This document shows, piece by piece, positions 40,641 through 55,400 of a DNA stretch of 64,000 bases (the stretch's first letter is position 1; every line of letters starts with the position of its first letter). This stretch comes from Eledone cirrhosa (lineage: Eukaryota): the NCBI GenBank assembly GCA_964016885.1, contig OZ024741.1, forward strand, positions 224,006,001-224,070,000, in the 5' to 3' direction. The position numbers and the translations under genes are program-made. Under the pieces are notes generated by a model. That model saw only the letters and a list, made by a program, of their open reading frames with translations, was not told where the DNA came from and did not search any database.

Positions 40641-40881
40641 CCACCACCATCACCAACACCGCCAACACCGCCACCACCATCACCAACACCACCACTAGCA
40701 CCATCACCACCACCACCACCACCACCACCACCATCACCACCACCACCACCACCAACACCACCACAAGCACCATCACCACCACCACCACCACCACCACCAC
40801 CACCAGCAGCACCACCACCACCACCACCACCACCACCACCGCCACCATCATCACCACCACCACCACCACCACCACCACCAG

Positions 40882-40912
<31 letters not shown>

Positions 40913-41062
40913 ACCACCACCACCACCGCCACCACCATCACCAACACCACCACTAGCACCATCACCACCACCACCACCACCACCACCACCACCACCACCA
41001 CCACCAGTACCACCACCAGCACCACCACCAGCACCACCACCAGCACCACCACCACCAGCACC

Positions 41063-41093
<31 letters not shown>

Positions 41094-41107
41094 CCACCAG
41101 CACCACC

Positions 41108-41138
<31 letters not shown>

Positions 41139-41320
41139 ACACCACCACCACCATCATCACCACCACCACCACCACCACCACCAACACTACCACTAGCACC
41201 ATCACCAACACCACCACCACCATCACCACCACCACCACCACCACCACCACCACCAAAACCACCACCACCACCACCACCACCACCACCACCACCACCACCA
41301 CCAGCAGCAGCAGCAGCAGC
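40157..41320. repeat. (CTA)n/(CAA)n/(CAC)n trinucleotide region
   Basis: Direct reading. Confidence 0.95.
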
Positions 41321-41367
41321 TCGACAACAATGAAAACAGATGAATTGGGTTTCTTTCAAGAAAACTG

Positions 41368-43054
41368 TATATGTGTGTGTATGTGAGGTGTATATGTGTG
41401 TGTGTAACGTGTGTGTGTGTGGTGTATATGTGTGTGTATGTGTGGTGTATATGTATGTGTATGTGAGGTGTATATGTGTGTGTGTGTGGTGTATATGTGT
41501 GTGTATGTGTGGTGTATATGTATGTGTATGTGAGGTGTATATGTGTGTGTATGTGTGGTGTATATGTGTGTGTCTAACGTATGTGTGGTGTATGTGAGGT
41601 GTATATGTGTGTGTATGTGTGGTGTATATGTGTGTGGTGTATATGTGTGTGTATGTGTGGTGTATATGTGTGTGTCTAACGTATGTGTGGTGTATGTGTG
41701 TGTGTATGTGTGGTGTATATGTGTGTGTGTAACGTGTGTATGTGTGGTGTATGTGTGTGTATTTGTGGTGTATATGTGTGTGTGTAACGTATGTGTGGTG
41801 TATGTGTGTGTGTATGTGTGGTGTGTATGTATGTGTCAACGTATGTGTGGTGTATGTGTGTGTATGTGTGGTGTATATGTGTGTGTGTAACGTGTGTGTG
41901 TGTGGTGTATATGTGTGTGTCAACGTATGTGTGGTGTATATGTGTGTGTGTAACGTGTGTGTGTGGTGTATATGTGTGTGTCAACGTATGTGTGTGTATG
42001 TGTGGTATATATGTGTGTGTGTCTAACGTATGTGTGTGGTGTATATGTGTGTGTATGTGTGGTGTATATGTGTGTGTCTAATGTGTATGTGTGGTGTATA
42101 TGTGTGTGTATGTGTGGTGTTTATGTGTGTGTCTAACGTGTGTGTGTGGTGTATATGTGTGTGTATGTGTGGTATATATGTGTGTGTGTCTAACGTATGT
42201 GTGTGGTGTATATGTGTGTGTATGTGTAGTGTATATGTGTGTGTCTAATGTGTAAGTGTGGTGTATATGTGTGTGTATGTGTGGTGTATATGTGTGTCTA
42301 ACGTATGTGTGGTGTGTGTGTGGTGTATATGTGTGTGTATGTGTGGTGTATATGTGTGTGTCTAACGTATGTGTGGTGTATATGTGTGTGTATGTGTGGT
42401 GTATATGTGTGTGTATGTGTGGTGTATATGTGTGTGTATGTGTGGTGTATATGTGTGTGTCTAACGTATGTGTGGTGTATATGTGTGTGTCTAACGTATG
42501 TGTGGTGTATATGTATGTGTATGTGTGGTGTATATGTGTGTGTCTAACGTATGTGTGGTGTATATGTATGTGTATGTGTGGTGTATATGTATGTGTATGT
42601 GTGGTGTATATGTGTGTGTCTAACGTATGTGTGGTATATATGTGTGTGTATGTGTGTGTATGTGTGGTGTATATGTGTGTGTCTAACGTATGTGTGGTGT
42701 ATATGTGTGTGTCTAACGTATGTGTGGTGTATGTGTGGTGTATATGTGTGTGTCTAACGTATGTGTGGTGTATATGTGTGTGTATGTGTGGTGTATATGT
42801 GTGTGTCTAACGTGTGTGTGTGGTGTATATGTGAGCGTATGTGTGGTGTATATGTGTGTGTCTAACGTATGTGTGTGGTGTATATGTGTGTGTCTAACGT
42901 ATGTGTGTGGTGTATATGTGTGTGTATGTGTGGTGTATATGTATGTGTCTAATGTGTGTGTCTAATGTGTGTGTCTAATGTGTGGTGTATGTGTATCTGT
43001 CTAATGTGTTAGTTTGTGGTGTACATGTACCTGTGTGAGATGTGTGTGTGTGTG
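41368..43054. repeat. TG-rich degenerate minisatellite (TATGTGTGGTG / TCTAACG)
   Basis: Direct reading. Confidence 0.93.
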
Positions 43055-46000
43055 TAATGTGTACTATAGTAGGTATGTAGTATAGGATGTGTTGTGTGTG
43101 TACTATAGTAGGTATGTGGTATAGGATGTGGTGTGTGTACTATAGTTGGTATGTGGTATAGGATGTGGTGTGTGTGTACTATAGTATGTGTGTGGTATAG
43201 GATGTGGTGTGTGTACTATAGTAGGTATGTGTGTGGTATAGGATGTGTTGTGTGTGTACTATAGTAGGTATGTGGTATAGAATGTGGTGTGTATGTACTA
43301 TAGTAGGTATGTGTGTGGTATAGGATGTGTTGTGTGTGTACTATAGTAGGTATGTGGTATAGGATGTGGTGTGTGTACTATAGTAGGTATGTGGTATAGG
43401 ATGTGGTGTGTGTACTATAGTAGGTATGTGGTATAGGATGTGGTGTGTGTGTACTATAGTAGGTATGTGTGTGGTATAGGATGTGTTGTGTGTGTACTAT
43501 AGTAGGTATGTGGTATAGGATGTGGTGTGTGTACTATAGTAGGTATGTGGTATAGGATGTGGTGTGTGTACTATAGTAGGTATGTGGTATAGGATGTGGT
43601 GTGTGTGTACTATAGTAGGTATGTGGTATAGGATGTGGTGTGTGTACTATAGTAGGTGTGTGGTATAGGATGTGGTGAGTGTGTACTATAGTAGGTATGT
43701 GGTATAGGATGTGGTGTGTGTACTATAGTAGGTATGTGGCATAGGATGTGGTGTGTGTACTATAGTAGGTATGTGGTATAGGATGTGGTGTGTGTACTAT
43801 AGTAGGTATGTGTGTGGTATAGGATGTGGTGTGTGTGTACTATAGTAGGTATGTGGTATAGGATGTGGTGTGTGTACTATAGTAGGTATGTGGTATAGGA
43901 TGTGGTGTGTGTACTATAGTAGGTGTGTGGTATAGGATGTGGTGTGTGTACTATAGTAGGTATGTGGTATAGGATGTGGTGTGTGTACTATAGTAGGTAT
44001 GTGGTATAGGATGTGGTGTGTGTACTATAGTAGGTATGTGGTATAGGATGTGGTGTGTGTACTATAGTAGGTGTGTGGTATAGGATGTGGTGTGTGTACT
44101 ATAGTAGGTATGTGGTATAGGATGTGGTGTGTGTACTATAGTAGGTATGTGGTATAGGATGTGGTGTGTGTACTATAGTAGGTATGTGGTATAGGATGTG
44201 GTGTGTGTACTATAGTAGGTGTGTGGTATAGGATGTGGTGTGTGTACTATAGTAGGTATGTGGTATAGGATGTGGTGTGTGTGTACTATAGTAGGTGTGT
44301 GGTATAGGATGTGGTGTGTGTACTATAGTAGGTATGTGGTATAGGATGTGGTGTGTGTGTACTATAGTAGGTATGTGTGTGGTATAGGATGTGGTGTGTG
44401 TACTATAGTAGGTATGTGGTATAGGATGTGGTGTGTGTGTACTATAGTAGGTATGTAGTATAGGATGTGGTGTGTGTACTATAGTAGGTGTGTGGTATAG
44501 GATGTGGTGTGTGTACTATAGTAGGTGTGTGGTATAGGATGTGGTGTGTGTGTACTATAGTAGATATGTGGTATAGGATGTGGTGTGTGTGTACTATAGT
44601 AGGTGTGTGGTATAGGATGTGGTGTGTGTACTATAGTAGGTATGTGGTATAGGATGTGGTGTGTGTGTACTATAGTAGGTATGTGGTATAGGATGTGGTG
44701 AGTGTGTACTATAGTAGGTATGTGGTATAGGATGTGGTGTGTGTGTACTATAGTAGGTATGTGGTATAGGATGTGGTGTGTGTACTATAGTAGGTGTGTG
44801 GTATAGGATGTGGTGTGTGTGTACTATAGTAGATATGTGGTATAGGATGTGGTGTGTGTGTACTATAGTAGGTGTGTGGTATAGGATGTGGTGAGTGTGT
44901 ACTATAGTAGGTATGTGTGTGGTATAGGATGTGGTGTGTGTACTATAGTAGGTATGTGGTATAGGATGTTGTGTGTGTACTATAGTAGGTATGTGTGTGG
45001 TATAGGATGTGGTGTGTGTGTACTATAGTAGATATGTGGTATAGGATGTGGTGTGTGTGTACTATAGTAGGTGTGTGGTATAGGATGTGGTGTGTTTGTA
45101 CTATAGTAGGTATGTGGTATAGGATGTGGTGTGTGTACTATAGTAGGTATGTGGTATAGGATGTGGTGTGTGTACTATAGTAGGTGTGTGGTATAGGATT
45201 TGGTGTGTGTACTATAGTAGGTGTGTGGTATAGGATGTGGTGTGTTTGTACTATAGTAGGTGTGTGGTATAGGATGTGGTGTGTGTGTACTATAGTAGGT
45301 GTGTGGTATAGGATGTGGTGTGTGTACTATAGTAGGTGTGTGGTATAGGATGTGGTGTGTGTGTACTATAGTAGGTATGTGGTATAGGATGTGGTGTGTT
45401 TGTATTATAGTAGGTGTGTGGTATAGGATGTGGTGTGTGTACTATAGTAGGTATGTGTGTGGTATAGGATGTGGTGTGTGTGTACTATAGTAGGTATGTG
45501 GTATAGGATGTGGTGTGTGTGTACTATAGTAGGTATGTGGTATAGGATGTGGTGTGTGTACTATAGTAGGTGTGTGGTATAGGATGTGGTGTGTGTACTA
45601 TAGTAGGTGTGTGGTATAGGATGTGGTGTGTGTACTATAGTAGGTGTGTAGTATAGGATGTTGTGTGTGTACTATAGTAGGTGTGTGGTATAGGATGTGG
45701 TGTGTGTACTATAGTAGGTGTGTAGTATAGGATGTGGTGTGTGTACTATAGTAGGTGTGTGGTATAGGATGTGGTGTGTGTACTATAGTAGGTGTGTAGT
45801 ATAGGATGTTGTGTGTGTACTATAGTAGGTGTGTAGTATAGGATGTGGTGTGTGTACTATAGTAGGTATGTGGTATAGGATGTGGTGTGTGTACTATAGT
45901 AGGTATGTGGTATAGGATGTGGTGTGTGTGTACTATAGTAGGTATGTGGTATAGGATGTGGTGTGTGTACTATAGTAGATATGTGGTATAGGATGTGGTG

Positions 46001-48930
46001 TGTGTACTATAGTAGGTATGTGTGTGGTATAGGATGTGTTGTGTGTGTACTATAGTAGGTATGTGTGGTATAGGATGTGGTGTGTGTACTATAGTAGGTA
46101 TGTGTGGTATAGGATGTGGTGTGTGTACTATAGTAGGTATGTGGTATAGGATGTGGTGTGTGTACTATAGTAGATATGTGGTATAGGATGTGGTGTGTGT
46201 ACTATAGTAGGTATGTGTGTGGTATAGGATGTGTTGTGTGTGTACTATAGTAGGTATGTGGTATAGGATGTGGTGTGTGTACTATAGTAGGTATGTGTGG
46301 TATAGGATGTGGTGTGTGTACTATAGTAGGTATGTGGTATAGGATGTGGTGTGTGTACTATAGTAGATATGTGGTATAGGATGTGGTGTGTGTACTATAG
46401 TAGGTATGTGTGTGGTATAGGATGTGTTGTGTGTGTACTATAGTAGGTATGTGGTATAGGATGTGGTGTGTGTACTATAGTAGGTATGTGGTATAGGATG
46501 TGGTGTGTGTACTATAGTAGGTATGTGTGTGGTATAGGATGTGGTGTGTGTGTACTATAGTAGGTATGTGGTATAGGATGTGGTGTGTGTACTATAGTAG
46601 GTATGTGGTATAGGATGTGGTGTGTGTACTATAGTAGGTATGTGGTATAGGATGTGGTGTGTGTACTATAGTAGGTGTGTGGTATAGGATGTGGTGTGTG
46701 TACTATAGTAGGTGTGTGATATAGGATGTGGTGTGTGTACTATAGTAGGTATGTGGTATAGGATGTGGTGTGTGTACTATAGTAGGTATGTGGTATATGA
46801 TGTGGTGTGTGTACTATAGTAGGTGTGTGGTATAGGATGTGGTGTGTGTACTATAGTAGGTATGTGGTATAGGATGTGGTGTGTGTACTATAGTAGGTAT
46901 GTGTGTGGTATAGGATGTGGTGTGTGTACTATAGTAGGTGTGTGGTATAGGATGTGGTGTGTGTACTATAGTAGGTGTGTAGTATAGGATGTGGTGTGTG
47001 TACTATAGTAGATATGTGGTATAGGATGTGGTGTGTGTGTACTATAGTAGGTATGTGGTATAGGATGTGGTGTGTGTACTATAGTAGGTGTGTGGTATAG
47101 GATGTGGTGTGTGTACTATAGTAGGTATGTGGTATAGGATGTGGTGTGTGTACTATAGTAGATATGTGTGTGGTATAGGATGTGGTGTGTGTGTACTATA
47201 GTAGGTATGTGGTATAGGATGTGGTGTGTGTACTATAGTAGGTATGTGTGTGGTATAGGATGTGGTGTGTGTGTACTATAGTAGGTATGTGGTATAGGAT
47301 GTGGTGTGTGTACTATAGTAGGTATGTGTGTGGTATAGGATGTGGTGTGTGTGTACTATAGTAGGTATGTGGTATAGGATGTGTTGTGTGTGTACTATAG
47401 TAGGTATGTGTGTGGTATAGGATGTGGTGTGTGTACTATAGTAGGTATGTGGTATAGGATGTGGTGTACGTACTATAGTAGGTATGTGTGGTATAGGATG
47501 TGGTGTGTGTACTATAGTAGGTGTGTGGTATAGGATGTGGTGTGTGTACTATAGTAGGTGTGTGGTATAGGATGTGGTGTGTGTACTATAGTAGGTGTGT
47601 GGTATAGGATGTGGTGTGTGTACTATAGTAGGTGTGTGGTATAGGATGTGGTGTGTGTACTATAGTAGGTGTGTGGTATAGGATGTGGTGTGTGTACTAT
47701 AGTAGGTATGTGGTATAGGATGTGGTGTACGTACTATAGTAGGTATGTGTGTGGTATAGGATGTGGTGTGTGTGTACTATAGTAGGTATGTGGTATAGGA
47801 TGTGGTGTGTGTGTACTATAGTAGGTATGTGGTATAGGATGTGGTGTACGTACTATAGTAGGTATGTGGTATAGGATGTGGTGAGTGTGTACTATAGTAG
47901 GTATGTGGTATAGGATGTGGTGAGTGTGTACTATAGTAGGTATGTGGTATAGGATGTGGTGTGTGTACTATAGTAGGTGTGTGGTATAGGATGTGGTGTG
48001 TGTGTACTATAGTAGGTATGTGGTATAGGATGTGGTGTACGTACTATAGTAGGTATGTGGTATAGGATGTGGTGTGTGTGTACTATAGTAGGTGTGTGGT
48101 ATAGGATGTGGTGAGTGTGTACTATAGTAGATATGTGGTATAGGATGTGGTGTGTGTACTATAGTAGGTATGTGGTATAGGATGTGGTGTGTGTGTACTA
48201 TAGTAGATATGTGGTATAGGATGTGGTGTGTGTACTATAGTAGGTATGTCGTATAGGATGTGGTGTGTACGTACTATAGTAGGTATGTGGTATAGGATGT
48301 GGTGTACGTACTATAGTAGGTATGTGTGGTATAGGATGTGGTGTGTGTACTATAGTAGGTGTGTGGTATAGGATGTGGTGTGTGTACTATAGTAGGTATG
48401 TGGTATAGGATGTGGTGTGTGTACTATAGTAGGTATGTGGTATAGGATGTGGTGTGTGTACTATAGTAGGTATGTGTGTGGTATAGGATGTGGTGTGTGT
48501 ACTATAGTAGGTATGTGGTATAGGATGTGGTGTGTGTGGTATAGGATGTGGTGTGTGTGTACTATAGTAGGTATGTGGTATAGGATGTGGTGTGTGTACT
48601 ATAGTAGGTATGTGGTATAGGATGTGGTGTGTGTGGTATAGGATGTGGTGTGTGTGTACTATAGTAGGTATGTGGTATAGGATGTGGTGTGTGTACTATA
48701 GTAGGTATGTGGTATAGGATGTGTGTGTATGTACTATAGTAGGTATGTTGTGGTATAGGATGTGGTGCGTGTGTACTATAGTAGGTATGTGGTATAGGAT
48801 GTGGTGTGTGTACTATAGTAGGTATGTGGTATAGGATGTGTGTGTGTGTACTATAGTAGGTATGTTGTGGTATAGGATGTGGTGCGTGTGTACTATAGTA
48901 GGTATGTGGTATAGGATGTGGTGTGTGTGT
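43055..48930. repeat. ~37-bp satellite TACTATAGTAGGTATGTGGTATAGGATGTGGTGTGTG, about 155 units
   Basis: Units start at 43101, 43138 and so on; length varies by TG steps; each unit holds the palindrome TACTATAGTA. Confidence 0.97.
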
Positions 48931-49432
48931 TGTACAGATATGGTGTGTGTAGGATGCCTGTATGTATTGTGTGTTTGCGGGAAATGTGTGTCTGATGTGT
49001 ACGTATATGTGTATATGTGTAAATGTGGTTTGTGGTGAGGATGTGTGTGTATATGTGTTGTGTGGTGTGGTGTATCTGATATGTGTGATTGTGTATGCAT
49101 GAAATGTGTGTATATGTGTGGTGTGTGTGTGTGGTGTGTGTGTGTGGTGTGTGTATATGGTGTGTCTGATATGTGTGTATGTATGTATGTGTATGTGGTG
49201 TGTCTGATATGTGTGATTTTGTATGAATGTAAATGTGTTATATGGTGAATGTGTGTGTATAAGTGTGGTGTAAGGTTTGTGTGTATGTGTGTGTATGGTG
49301 TGTATATGTGTGTATGGTGTGTATGTGTGTGTATGGTGTGCGTGTTATGTGTGATGTGGACATGTATACTATAATTGACATTAAAATGAGGTGTATGTTG
49401 TGAGTGTTTTATGAAGACATTATTACTGTAAT

Positions 49433-49624
49433 GGCGGTGGATTGGCAGTATCAGTAGAGGGTCGGACGCCATGCTTTCCAGCATAGTTACGTCCCTTTAC
49501 GATCTGAGTTCAAATCCCGCCGAGGTTAACTTTACCTTTCATCCTTACGGGGTCGTTTAAATAAAGTACCAGTAATGTACTGAGTTAATTGCTGCCCTTG
49601 TTTCAAAAGTAGAAGCAATTATTA
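49433..49624 (+). mobile_element. Full-length tRNA-derived SINE
   Basis: Box A, box B, body and (ATT) tail are present. Confidence 0.92.
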
Positions 49625-49829
49625 CTCTACCTTTTAAAACAATCCATGTAACATGTAATGTTACATTATATATAACCCTTGTGGCAAATAACATTCATTA
49701 CTAACATTGATTTCTAACTGAGGCGCAGCGAATTTAGGGGAAGGTCAAAGTTGATTAAATTAACCCCAGTACATGACTGGTACTTTATTTTATCTACGAA
49801 TGTTTCCATTGTTTTGTTTTGTTTCTCTC

Positions 49830-50155
49830 TGTTTGATACATCCCCTCCCCATGTTTGATATATCCCTCCCCTCCTCTCCCCATGTTTGATACCCCCCCCC
49901 CCGTGTCTGATACACCCCCTCCCCATATCTGATACATCCCCTCCCCATGTCTGATACAACTCCTCCTCATGTCTGTTACAACCCCTCCTCAATATCTGAT
50001 ACATCCCCTCTCCATGTCTGATACAACCCCTCCCCACGTCTGATACAACCCTTCCCCACGTCTGATAATCCCCTCCCCACGTCTGATACACCCCTCCAAT
50101 GTCTGATACACCCCTCCCCGTATTTGATATCTCCCCCCCCCCCATGTCTGATACG
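49830..50155. repeat. ~22-bp degenerate minisatellite TGTCTGATACACCCCTCCCCA
   Basis: About 15 units by direct reading. Confidence 0.85.
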
Positions 50156-51063
50156 AACACCACATTCTATCCACCATTCCATCCGACATTCTAACAGCTC
50201 TGCCCCCCCCTCCCTTAAGGATGTAAACTTTTGTGAAGTTAATTCTTAATTTCTCGAAATTATCTTCCCCTTTCTTTTAGAGTCGTTATGTATTTAACTA
50301 TTCCCGTTGACACATCTGTCATAGAACACTCACAGTATTTATATATCAAACAGATTTATATATCTCACAGTATTTATATATCAAACAGATGTTGCTTCAT
50401 CATCCCAGTGGAGAAAATAATAACTGCGTTACCCCGGGGAATAGCCAGTGAGTTGCGCTGAAAGAGTCAGTGCAACTTGCGGGTTTCGTTCCTGCGAATG
50501 GCCAACTTCATGTCGATTGCATTAAGCAGGGAGGTGGTTCGAGGGACTCAGGACATCAGATGTTCCTCTCGCTATGGATGGGTTCAATGATAAACCTATC
50601 GGAGTTCGATTTCTATTTGTCAACGGAACCGGAGTCTGAGGCTGAATTCCCCGGGTTACGTCTGGAGAAAGTATCACTGCAAGTCGTATCCTAGATGAGG
50701 GGAATTACTACCACGGAATGGGACAATTCTGATGCCGTCTCCTCAATCTAACCCCTACCGGTTCCATCTTTGATGAGAAACCAACAACATTAGGAAACGA
50801 ATAGTAATAGGAATTGAACTACCTTGGAAAGGCAGTGGCGTCAAAGCTTAGCTTAACGATCTCATTGAAAGTGGTGTGTTGTGTGAGGAAGCTGACACTA
50901 AGGCGGTACGAGAGTTGGTGAAGTCCAAAAACGTCTACCATGACCCCGCAATGGCAATTGTGTTAACAATTATCGTTAGTGTTTTGGTTTCCTCTCTCCA
51001 ACTAAGAGGTAAATTTCAATTAATTAAGGATCTTATGGCACACGTCACCCGGTGCACCGGTGT

Positions 51064-51268
51064 TTATGAATAATTGTTTCTACTTTTGGCACAAGGCCAT
51101 CAATTACCCAGTACATTACTGGTACTTTATTTTATCGACCCCGTAAGGATGAAAGGCAAAGTTAACCTCGGCGGGATTTGAACTCAGACTGTAAAGGGAG
51201 GACGTAACTATGCTGGAAAGCATGGCGTCCGACCCTCTACCGATACTGCCAATCCACTTATGAATAAT
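51064..51268 (-). mobile_element. tRNA-derived SINE with target-site duplication
   Basis: TTATGAATAAT at 51064 and 51258. Confidence 0.92.
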
Positions 51269-52128
51269 ACGATGGATATAATGTGGAGATATAACGATAA
51301 TGTAGGTGGTCGATTTGGCAGAACGCTAGAACGTTGGATATTTATTCTGTTCAAATCCTTCCCAGGTCTTCTTTGCCTTTTACCCTTTCAGGATCGATAA
51401 AGAAAGTACCAAGCAGTGCTAATGCAGCCCTTTCTCCTTCTAGCTGTCGTGTCTTGGATGTTCTGTTGGATCAAGGAAGATAGGGTTGAGGGGGTACCTA
51501 TGTCTGCTCACAACTACATGGACACCTAAAAACCCTTAGCGAAAGTATCGTACATAATACCAGGTTATACTCGATTGTGAGTGACGGCTGTGTTTTTTTT
51601 TAAATTTTGTCTTTGCTTTTTCTTAATGGTAAAGTGGGTGTGATGACATGACGGTGATAATATAGGTTTGAAAATCTCACCATGGTGTGGTAATATGGTG
51701 GCTGTATAATATTGGGGTGTTGTGCTGTGGTATTGTGATGCGAAGTTGTGAGGTGTTAATGTGGTTAAATATGTGGCATTCTGTAATGTGGTTGTGGTAT
51801 GATAATAATGGTGTATGTGTGTGTGGTCATTGTGGTGGTGATAATGTAGAAGTTATGGTAGGGATGTGGGGTGTGTCTGGTGTTTGTGGCACTGGTAGAG
51901 AATATATATTGTAGTGGCAGTGGTGGGGATAAGGGTAAGGTCAAGTAGTCGAGAGAAGGGAGAGAGGATGAGACGTACTATTAAGACAAAGAGGATAGGT
52001 GGGTTGGTGGGTAGTAGGTGGGCGATGTAGACCTGATGTTGGCAATTAGAATACGGGCAAAGGTCTTGGAAGTGAAGTGGAGGGTGGTGTGGAAGACATT
52101 TAATAAGGGAGAAGCGAGCTGTGTGCGC

Positions 52129-52170
<42 letters not shown>

Positions 52171-52474
52171 GTGTACATGTGCATGTGTGTGTATATGTGC
52201 ATGTGTGTGTATGTGTGCATGTGTGTGTGTATGTATGTGGAGAGTTGAGGTGATGTGGGAGTGAGAAATGTCCTGAGGGGGGAGGAGGGGATAAAAGGGG
52301 AAATACATGTGTTATTAGGAAACAATCAACGGATTAAAAACTAATTAGTGAGAAGGGGGAGAAGCGGGTATGGAGGTGGTTGGTGGTAGTTGAAGGGGTT
52401 GTGTCGGTGGCCATGTTAAGGGATAAGGAAGGTGTTAAAATCTGTTAGATGGTGAAGAAAAGAGCAGTGATGCT

Positions 52475-53068
52475 GTATGTGTATATGTGTGTATATGTGT
52501 GTGTGTGTGTGTTTGTTTGTTTATGAGTTTGTGTATGTGTATGTGTGTGTGTTTGTGTATGTGTGTGTGTGTTTGTGTATGCGTGTGTTGTTTGTATCTT
52601 TGTGTATGCGTGTGTGTTTGTGTATGCGTGTATGTGTTTGTGTATGTGTTTGTGTGTATGTGTGTTTGTGTATGCGTGTGTTTGTGTACGTGTATGCGTG
52701 TGTGTGTTTGTGTACGTGTATGCGTGTGTGTGTATTTGTGTATGTGTATCCGTGTGTGTGTATGCGTGTGTGTGTTTGTGTTTGTGTATGCGTGTGCGTT
52801 TGTGTGTTTGTGTATGTATATGCGTGTATGTGTTTGTGTGTATGTGTTTGTGTGTATGTGCATGCATGTGTGTGTTTGTGTTTGTGTATGCGTGTGTATG
52901 TGTATGTGTGTGTGTGTGTTTGTGTATGTGTGTGTGTATTTGTGTGTTTGTGTATACGTGTGTGTAATTCCTTAGTTTGAGAAGTAGGGAGAGATATTAT
53001 GGAGAATATGTATGTATGTGTGTGTGTCTATATATATATATGCATATATATATATGTGTGTATGTATA

Positions 53069-53118
<50 letters not shown>

Positions 53119-53162
53119 CATGTATATATATATGTTTGTATATATATATGTGTGTATGTATA

Positions 53163-53210
<48 letters not shown>

Positions 53211-53270
53211 CATGTATATATATATGTTTGTATATATATATATATGTGTGTATGTATATGTGTGTGTGTA

Positions 53271-53302
<32 letters not shown>

Positions 53303-53350
53303 CATGTATATATATATGTTTGTATATATATATATATGTGTGTATGTATA

Positions 53351-53398
<48 letters not shown>

Positions 53399-53482
53399 CA
53401 TGTATATATATATGTTTGTATATATATATATATGTGTGTATGTATATGTGTGTGTGTATATATATATATATATATACATACA
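52475..53482. repeat. (TG)-rich and (TA)/(TG) compound microsatellites
   Basis: Direct reading; an approximately 95-bp higher-order unit lies in 53040-53480. Confidence 0.92.
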
Positions 53483-53945
53483 TGTAAAGTTATATTTAAA
53501 ATTGTTGGGTTACAACTAGTAAATATTTATAACTGATATAAAAGCACTCGACAAATACTTGGAGTATATTTACAATATTAAATAAATGGAAAACTATATT
53601 TATAAAACCATATTTATTTCATTATATATATTTCGGGGATATCATATTAACAATATGCTATGCCTTCATCAGACAAAATACAATATAAACAGTTTTATAG
53701 ATAAATATATTCGACATACCGTAATAAACATCAACTTCATTTGAAGAGGTTCACTCTAGCAGTGAACCTCTTCAAATGAAGTTGATGTTTATTACGGTAT
53801 GTCGAATATATTTATCTATAAAACTGTTTATATTGTATTTTGTCTGATGAAGGCATAGCATATTGTTAATATGATATCCCCGAAATATATATAATGAAAT
53901 AAATATGGTTTTATAAATATAGTTTTCCATTTATTTAATATTGTA
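53483..53945 (-). mobile_element. Fold-back hammerhead element (family A, copy 2)
   Basis: About 186-bp nearly perfect arms at 53570-53755 and 53761-53945 with spacer CTAGC. Confidence 0.9.
53836..53901 (+). ncRNA. Type I hammerhead (mirror copy at about 53615-53680, minus strand)
   Basis: uauuuugu CUGAUGA aggcauagcauauug-u-uaauaugauaucccc GAAA uauaua UA augaaaua. Confidence 0.78.
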
Positions 53946-54299
53946 TATATATACATATATATATACATGTATATATATATATGTTTGTATATATATATAT
54001 ATATGTGTGTGTGAATATGTATATGTGTGTATGTATATACAAGTATGCATATGTGTGTTGTGTGTATGTGTGAATGTGTTTGTGTCTGTGCGTATGTTGG
54101 ATTTAAAAGAAGACTGAAACCAGGAAATCATACAAAAAGTACTAAAAGTGAAAGCGGATATTTATATATATTATGAATATGTATGAGTATATACATGTGT
54201 ATGTGTATATGTATATGTTTGTATATTTGTATATGTATGTACATGCATTTGTAAAATGTTTTTGTATGTGTGTGTGTATATATATACTCAACTACTCTA

Positions 54300-55400
54300 T
54301 TCAAGTGTTCCAGCCGACAGACTGAGGCCATGCTAAGGCACCGCCATTGATGCTATACCCTCTACAGTCAGCTTTCCTTGGGTGGCCATTGATGCAAAAG
54401 GTAGTTTGTTGTTGCTGCCCTTAATTGCGCTTCGCCTTATGCTGTGGGTTCATCGGGGATCTTGGTCAGCAGAATGTCGAAATGTCTCTTGAAAACATCT
54501 ACATGCACGTCATGTAGATCTCTGTAGATATTTTGGCAGCTTATTAAAGAGCTGGGGTCATTTAAACCACAGGCTATTGCAGTATGTGGTCCTTATTCTT
54601 GATACGACGTATGGGACCTTTGGCACTGCACATTGTGTCCCGTTCGTGGGTTGGTCCTGCCTTCAATGTCAAAGTTTGATGTTAACCCTTCGAGGATCTT
54701 TCATACGTATATCACTTCATATCTGTCTCGTTTTTGCCCCAGGGATTTAAGCTATATTTTTTTCAGCCTCTCTCAAAAGCTCATCTCTTTCATTGAGACA
54801 GTCCTCTTGGTGTAGCTTCCTTGGATTCTTTCAAGTTCTGCAGTTAGTTTGACACTGTGGGGCGACCACAGCTGAGAGCAATAGTCCAGTCGGCTGAGGA
54901 ACAACATGGTTTCCGAGTCTCTTGTTCTGAAAGTCCTCAGAATCCAATCCACCAGTCGTCTGCACATTGCTGTCAGTTTAGTGATGTGTGCATGAAACGA
55001 TGCATCATTGCTCATGTCAATACCCAGGTCCTGTATTGATTTTGACTCGGGGATTTCGATCCTCCTGGTCCAGTGTACCTTTGTTGTGGTGGTCCTGTGT
55101 TTGTGGGTTGATAGCGGATGGTTTGAAACTTACCTGCATTAAATTGCATATTGTTATCTTCAGCCCATTTGTATATGGCATCTAGATCTTATAAGAGAGT
55201 AGCTTCAGCTGGTTTCTTGATTGTGTCGTCAGCAATATCTTGTGAGGGATGACAGAGGCCATGTCTGAAAGAATCAAAACAAACAGTAGTGGTCCCAAGA
55301 CGGTTTCATGGGGCCGCCACTTGTTATTGACGTTTCATTTGAGAGGGACTCGTTGGTTGCAACAATCTGGCTTTTGTCTTTTAAGAAGTCATGAAGCCAT
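54300..55400 (-). pseudogene. CR1/L2-group LINE 3' fragment
   Basis: TVLGPLLFLI; FLSRLDYCSQLWSPH...LERIQ..YTK; stops and deletions throughout. Confidence 0.85.

Noticed and set aside
39235-41923. Poly-Gly, poly-Thr, poly-His and poly-Pro ORFs
   Set aside because: They derive from (CCA)n-type repeats open in several frames on both strands, with no codon structure.
50400-51060. Unique-looking stretch, possible exon or LINE relic
   Set aside because: Only faint RT-like words on the minus strand (FLDF); no supportable call.
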